From the NCBI GenBank assembly GCA_000965745.1, contig CP009479.1:480001-544000 (forward strand): 64,000 bases of DNA, written 5' to 3'. The number at the start of each line of letters is the position of its first letter. The stretch's first letter is position 1. Both the position numbers and the translations under genes were made by a program. Below the pieces are notes generated by a model. The model made no database searches. It saw nothing but the letters and a program-made list of their open reading frames with translations, and was not told the origin of the DNA. Source of the stretch: an uncultured archaeon. GTDB lineage: Archaea; Thermoplasmatota; Thermoplasmata; Thermoplasmatales; Thermoplasmataceae. Shown here one piece after another: positions 59,320 through 64,000 of this stretch.

Positions 59320-60184
59320 GTGCTGCAACACCTCCCGTGAGTTTTTTCACGCCTCTCCTGAGCATTGTCCCCACCATCCGTTTTCTGTAATCAGACGAAG
59401 ATTTGTGATCGGAATAGAATTCAAGACCAGTGCTATTCAAGATGGAGTCAAAACCCATATCCAGCAGCTCCTGGTCAATTTCATTTCCTCTCATGGCCCC
59501 TTCGACGTGCGGCAGCTTGATCGGCTCTGAATCCAGAGAGCCCCCTCCAACTGCCAAACTGATGTCCTCGATGAAATCGCCTTCAACCCTCATTGCAATG
59601 GCAAGGCTGACATCGCTGAACCCATGTTTTGTGTAGCTGAACTTCTGGTATGTAGTTCTGTTGAATTTTGTTGCCGGAGCTTCCACCGATTCTATTATGG
59701 AGCTTCTTGGAATCGCCGGGTCGAACATAGCATTGTATACATTTGACATCGCAATTTCCTTATCCCTGTAACCGTCTGTGACTGAGATTGATCCGTTCAA
59801 TGCCAGCAGGCACACTGAAAGATCAAATGCCGGGAATGCAGTGAATATCTGCCCTCCCATTGTACCCATGTGCCGCACTTCCTTGGGAATCGACTGAACC
59901 GCCTCGTCCAGCATCTGTATGCCAGTGATTCCTGCCCCCATGTCACTGAGCCTGGTTGTTGCACCAATCCTGATTTTTTCCCCGTCTTTTTCAACGAATG
60001 AAAGGTTGAGTTTTCCCAGATTGACCAGAGTGTCAACGTTGCTCATCATTCCTTTGTTCGAAAAAATATAGATTCCGGTCCCTCCGGCGATAGGCATTGA
60101 ATTTTCTTCTGAAGCCAGTATATCGCACGCTTCTCTCGTTGAAGGCGGAGCATGATATTTTTTTAGATCCAGCTTAAAGGGCAT
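59312..60184 (-). CDS. Molybdenum hydroxylase FAD-binding medium subunit, CoxM/CutM-like
   Basis: IAGGTG, IGATT, VRHMGTMGG, SSDYR. Confidence 0.88.
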   Translation of the reverse strand: MPFKLDLKKYHAPPSTREACDILASEENSMPIAGGTGIYIFSNKGMMSNVDTLVNLGKLNLSFVEKDGEKIRIGATTRLSDMGAGITGIQMLDEAVQSIPKEVRHMGTMGGQIFTAFPAFDLSVCLLALNGSISVTDGYRDKEIAMSNVYNAMFDPAIPRSSIIESVEAPATKFNRTTYQKFSYTKHGFSDVSLAIAMRVEGDFIEDISLAVGGGSLDSEPIKLPHVEGAMRGNEIDQELLDMGFDSILNSTGLEFYSDHKSSSDYRKRMVGTMLRRGVKKLTGGVAAHV

Positions 60185-60347
60185 AAAACTATAGACGATT
60201 AGGTCGTTATTATTCTTTTCTGCTTCAATGTGACAAAACTGTTGCAGTTTAATCAGAGAATTTAATTACCGCTTTTTGTCTGGTATAAGCAAGAAGGCAA
60301 AAATCTTAGGATAATTTTGGCTGAATTTGCGAATGAGGGGATATGGG

Positions 60348-61124
60348 TTGACAGGCAGGCTTAAGGGTAAAGTATCCGTCATAGCTGGGGGAAGCTCCGG
60401 GATAGGAAGAGCTATAGCCCTGGAATATGCCAAAGAGGGTGCTAGAGTGGTGATCGGAGACATAAGGGAGGAGCCCAGCGAAGGAGGTTTACCTACTGAA
60501 AATGAGATAAGGAGGATCAATGGAAGAGCCCTGTTTGTGCGCGCCGATGTTTCAAAAGAAGAATCTGTCAAAGAACTCGCTCGATCCGCAGTGAGGGAGT
60601 ATGGCGGGATTGATGTGCTTGTTAACAGTGCCGGTATCCCCATGAAGAAGAGTCTCGCTGAGACAACCGCTGAGGATTTCGACACGATGCATGGGGTTAC
60701 GGTCAGGGGGGCTTTTCTGGCCGCAAAACACTGCATGCCATACCTTCTGAAATCGGGAAATCCGAAAATAATCAACATAGCTTCCAACTTCTCCTTCACG
60801 GCCCTTCCCGGAATGAGTGCATATGCCTCTGCAAAAGCTGCGGTCATAGGCCTTACTAAGTCTCTTGCCCTTGAGTTTGGCCAGCAGGGTGTAAACGTCA
60901 ATGCAATATGCCCCGGTGCAACCAAAACGGAGATGTCAAGGCCATTCTGGGGAACGGATGAGGGACTGGATCTGCTCAGGGCAAGAACCCCTTTGAGAAA
61001 GGGCGAAAGATTCATCGCTTACCCTGATGATGTGGCAAAACTGGCTGTTTTCCTGGCCTCAGAAGACTCTGACATGATTACAGGCGAGAGTATCCTGATT
61101 GATTCTGGCTGGAATGTGCCATGA
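60348..61124 (+). CDS. Short-chain dehydrogenase/reductase
   Basis: GGSSGIG, NSAG, YASAK, VNAICPG; start uncertain (TTG 60348). Confidence 0.92.
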   Translation: MTGRLKGKVSVIAGGSSGIGRAIALEYAKEGARVVIGDIREEPSEGGLPTENEIRRINGRALFVRADVSKEESVKELARSAVREYGGIDVLVNSAGIPMKKSLAETTAEDFDTMHGVTVRGAFLAAKHCMPYLLKSGNPKIINIASNFSFTALPGMSAYASAKAAVIGLTKSLALEFGQQGVNVNAICPGATKTEMSRPFWGTDEGLDLLRARTPLRKGERFIAYPDDVAKLAVFLASEDSDMITGESILIDSGWNVP

Positions 61125-61292
61125 GGTAAAATGTCTAGCAGGCGACTTGTTAATTTCCCCTAGAGAATGCGAAGTTTCTATGCGGTCTCTCTTTGATTAT
61201 GCTATTTTAATGTGTAAGTTTTCATATAACCTTTAGCAAACATTTATAAGTCATCAGTTTACTACCATTATCTATTAGGAATAGGAGATAAA

Positions 61293-62651
61293 ATGGTAGA
61301 TGTACAACAGGATTTTCAGGTGAGTGAACGTCTGGAACGTTTCAGGACTTGGCCTTGGCCCTACACCGTTCTGGTGATAGTGGGTGCGGCCTACTTTTTT
61401 GGTCTTTTTGACGTCTTGACTATTGGAACCGCTGCGCCCACCATAGGCGCACAAATGGGAGTGGCGGGGGAAGTAGTCGCCTCAAACGGAACTGTGTTCT
61501 CACTGGTAGGATATGCGGTAGGAGCTTTCTTGTTCTCCCACATATCAGACACACTCGGAAGAAAGAGGGGGCTGACTGTCTCATTAATAGCTTATTCAGT
61601 AGGCTCTATTCTGACAGCTACAGCGACGGATATCACTCAGGTCTACGTATGGAGATTTGTGACCGGTATAGGGATTGGCGCTGATCTGGCGATAGCTGCT
61701 GCATATCTCAGTGAGCTTGCACCGCACAACAACAGGGGAAAATTCCAGAGCCTTGGAACCTTCTTCGGTTTTACTGGAGCCGGTGTTGCACCGCTTATAG
61801 GTTATTTCCTCATACCTCCATTAGACATAGGGTGGAGGATATTCTTCATAATTGGTGCACTTGGAGGAATATTTGTTCTATTCATAAGGAAGAACGTACC
61901 CGAAAGCCCACGTTGGCTCCTTAGTAAAGGAAGAGCGAAGGAAGCGTCCGAGCTTCTCGATAAAATAGAGATTACATACAAATCGAAATATGGTGATCTT
62001 CCTCCATTGAGCGAAATGAAGGCTGAGATAGTCGAAAGTGAGATGAAAGTCCCACTGCTGCATCTTTTCTCCAAAAAGCACGGGCTCAGACTGGCTCTGG
62101 TTCTTGCAGTGTTTCTGTTCTACTATCTTTACACGTATCCCTTCCTGGCACTGACGACCTCGCTCCTTGTCCATTCTGGGTTTTCCATAGTTGCCAGCCT
62201 GTTTATGGTAGGTCTCGGTGGTCTCGGGTATGCAGTAGGTGCTTTTTCAGCGTTCCTTACGACAGAGAGGATAGAGAGGAAGTATCTGATATCAATTCTC
62301 TTTGTTCTTCAGGGAATCTGTATGTTCGGCATAGCCATCAAGCTGAACACCGCGGAAATTATAATTTCTGACTTCTTCGGGTCCCTTACGAACACCTTCC
62401 TTGCAACAACGCTCTATGTGTACGCTGCAGAGAACTTCCCGACAAGAGCAAGGAGCAACGGCGTGGCTGCAACCGATGGAGTAGGCCATCTTGCACCAGT
62501 ATTCGGCCTGCCATTCATGATAGGCTTCTTTGGAATGAACGGGTTCTTCAACACATACCTGCTCATCGGGATAATAGCCATAGTGGGAGGAATAGTTGTT
62601 CTGGCAGGCATAAGATCCACAGGAAGGAAGCTGGAGGAATTGTCAGAATAG
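61293..62651 (+). CDS. MFS transporter (sugar/aromatic acid:H+ symporter-like)
   Basis: SDTLGRK, WRFVTGIGIG, ELAP...RG, PESPRWL, ENFPTRAR. Confidence 0.9.
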   Translation: MVDVQQDFQVSERLERFRTWPWPYTVLVIVGAAYFFGLFDVLTIGTAAPTIGAQMGVAGEVVASNGTVFSLVGYAVGAFLFSHISDTLGRKRGLTVSLIAYSVGSILTATATDITQVYVWRFVTGIGIGADLAIAAAYLSELAPHNNRGKFQSLGTFFGFTGAGVAPLIGYFLIPPLDIGWRIFFIIGALGGIFVLFIRKNVPESPRWLLSKGRAKEASELLDKIEITYKSKYGDLPPLSEMKAEIVESEMKVPLLHLFSKKHGLRLALVLAVFLFYYLYTYPFLALTTSLLVHSGFSIVASLFMVGLGGLGYAVGAFSAFLTTERIERKYLISILFVLQGICMFGIAIKLNTAEIIISDFFGSLTNTFLATTLYVYAAENFPTRARSNGVAATDGVGHLAPVFGLPFMIGFFGMNGFFNTYLLIGIIAIVGGIVVLAGIRSTGRKLEELSE

Positions 62652-62698
62652 TTCATGAATAGTGTTTGGGAAACCAATCCTATTTTTTATAAATTTTA

Positions 62699-64000
62699 GG
62701 TTCTTCCTAGTTTTGTGTGGGCTCATGGATAAAGCTCCAGATTTCCGCATTTGAAATATATTGCTGTCTTGAGATGGCCTCTGTTCCTGAATCCATACGC
62801 CATCTTCTCTATCAGCGCGATCTTTGAATTGATTCCCTCTGCCTTTGCGTTTGTTATCCTGTGGATGAAATAGTTCAGTATCTTGTCGATGTGCATTCGC
62901 ATCATCTTCGCCACCTTCTTCATTGCATCAATCGAGGAGTGCACGATCCAGGAGTGCCATCTCTTCCAGTAATCCATTGCATCCTCCATTGAGGGGAGAT
63001 TCCACAGGTTCCTTATGTTCTCCTTCATGGAGTACGCCTTGCCCGTCCTTAGATCTGAATTCCTTAGCTCATTGTACCGCTCCCTGTACCTTTCGGGAAG
63101 GCGATCGCCGGAATAGAGCCATATGTACCTTGATCCTTTGAGGTCCATGATACCCTTCTTCACCAGTTCACGATTCTCCTCCTTCCTCACCGCATCAACC
63201 GCTTCATTCACATGGCGCATGACATGAAACCTGTCGAAGACGATCTTTGAATGAGCCTGTGGTACATGCTCAAGCGTGGATGATATGTACGGATCCCACA
63301 TGTCCATTGATACCGCATCTATGCGAGATAATTCATCATCACTCATCGTTTTGTAATACTCATCGAGTGATGATTTCCTCCTGTCCATGGAGATGAACTC
63401 AACACCGCTGTTCTCCATGTCCATCACCAGCGTGATGTACTTGTGCCCCTTCCTGTACGATTTGTCATCAACGCCTATGATCCTTGGCCTTGATGTTTTC
63501 CTTGACAGTCCTCTCTTAACCGCATGATCGATGATGTTCCATGCCCGGCTCCAGGAAATGTCCATTACCCGGGTGAAATTCTCAACATCCATGTTCTGGA
63601 GCATCCTTATGGATCTTGATTCGAATCTGAGAGTGAACCTTGATCTCTTCTCGGAGAGGGGCATGACCGCCTCTCTTATGCCATGCTCCGGACACTGTAT
63701 CCTTGGTGATCTGGCATGAATGAATGTCTTGAACCCTATGCTGTCAAGATCCCTCCAGACCCTTTCCCTCAGATGATCGTAGACCATGCACTCCCTCCTG
63801 CACTCGGGACATGGGAGCTTAGCTCCCCTGTCGTGTGCTATGAAGACTTCAACAACCTTGTCATTTGAATCAAGTGAAACACTCTCAACCCTCCAGGGGT
63901 TCTTGAGCCCTAAGAGCTCGGAGTACAACTGTTCAGCATCCTGCATGGCAAATATAATGAAAAGAAGGATAAAAATACCCACACATTTCTAGGATGAACC
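62699..64000 (-). mobile_element. ISL3-family insertion sequence, complete
   Basis: Imperfect terminal IRs GGTTCTTCCTAGTTTTGTGTGGG (62699-62721) and GGTTCATCCTAGAAATGTGTGGG (reverse complement of 63978-64000), 19/23 identical. Confidence 0.92.
62723..63946 (-). CDS. ISL3-family transposase
   Basis: CPEC zinc finger, IGVDD, SMDMWDPY, FDRFHV, TNAKAEGINSKI, YGFRN. Confidence 0.95.
   Translation of the reverse strand: MQDAEQLYSELLGLKNPWRVESVSLDSNDKVVEVFIAHDRGAKLPCPECRRECMVYDHLRERVWRDLDSIGFKTFIHARSPRIQCPEHGIREAVMPLSEKRSRFTLRFESRSIRMLQNMDVENFTRVMDISWSRAWNIIDHAVKRGLSRKTSRPRIIGVDDKSYRKGHKYITLVMDMENSGVEFISMDRRKSSLDEYYKTMSDDELSRIDAVSMDMWDPYISSTLEHVPQAHSKIVFDRFHVMRHVNEAVDAVRKEENRELVKKGIMDLKGSRYIWLYSGDRLPERYRERYNELRNSDLRTGKAYSMKENIRNLWNLPSMEDAMDYWKRWHSWIVHSSIDAMKKVAKMMRMHIDKILNYFIHRITNAKAEGINSKIALIEKMAYGFRNRGHLKTAIYFKCGNLELYP

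Noticed and set aside
1-64000. CRISPR arrays, rRNA, integrase or provirus genes, and the many antisense/overlapping ORFs in the track
   Set aside because: No repeat-spacer pattern, rRNA or viral hallmark was seen; the overlapping ORFs are shadows of well-supported genes

Overview
Chromosomal segment of an acidophilic archaeon, very probably Thermoplasmatales. The basis is a Ta0583-type actin, tricorn-interacting aminopeptidases, type II GAPDH-radA, aPelota, archaeal PolB and N-glycosylated surface proteins. The left part (0-23.5 kb) is accessory-rich. It holds a ParM-like actin with a putative ribbon-helix-helix partner, an ECF transporter, permeases, gene fragments, a truncated IS256, a bacterial-type PEP carboxylase and a kdpABC operon with frameshifted kdpB, and it ends at tRNA-Glu(TTC). 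The middle (24-54 kb) is mostly core: pelota, Mut7-C RNase, surface proteins, gap, radA, purK/purE, sua5, two tandem M1 aminopeptidases, pmbA/tldD, a CBS-HPF protein, glyA and polB. The right part holds a frameshifted APC permease, a penicillin acylase, CoxM/CoxS-like subunits, an SDR, an MFS and a complete ISL3 element ending exactly at the window edge. The best leads are the candidate archaeal ParM-ParR-like pair, an unassigned structured RNA between glyA and polB, the horizontally acquired ppc, a hibernation-factor/TldDE operon, pelota coupled to a PIN-type RNase, and gene-conversion tracts between the aminopeptidase paralogues. All calls come from motif recognition by eye; no searches were run.
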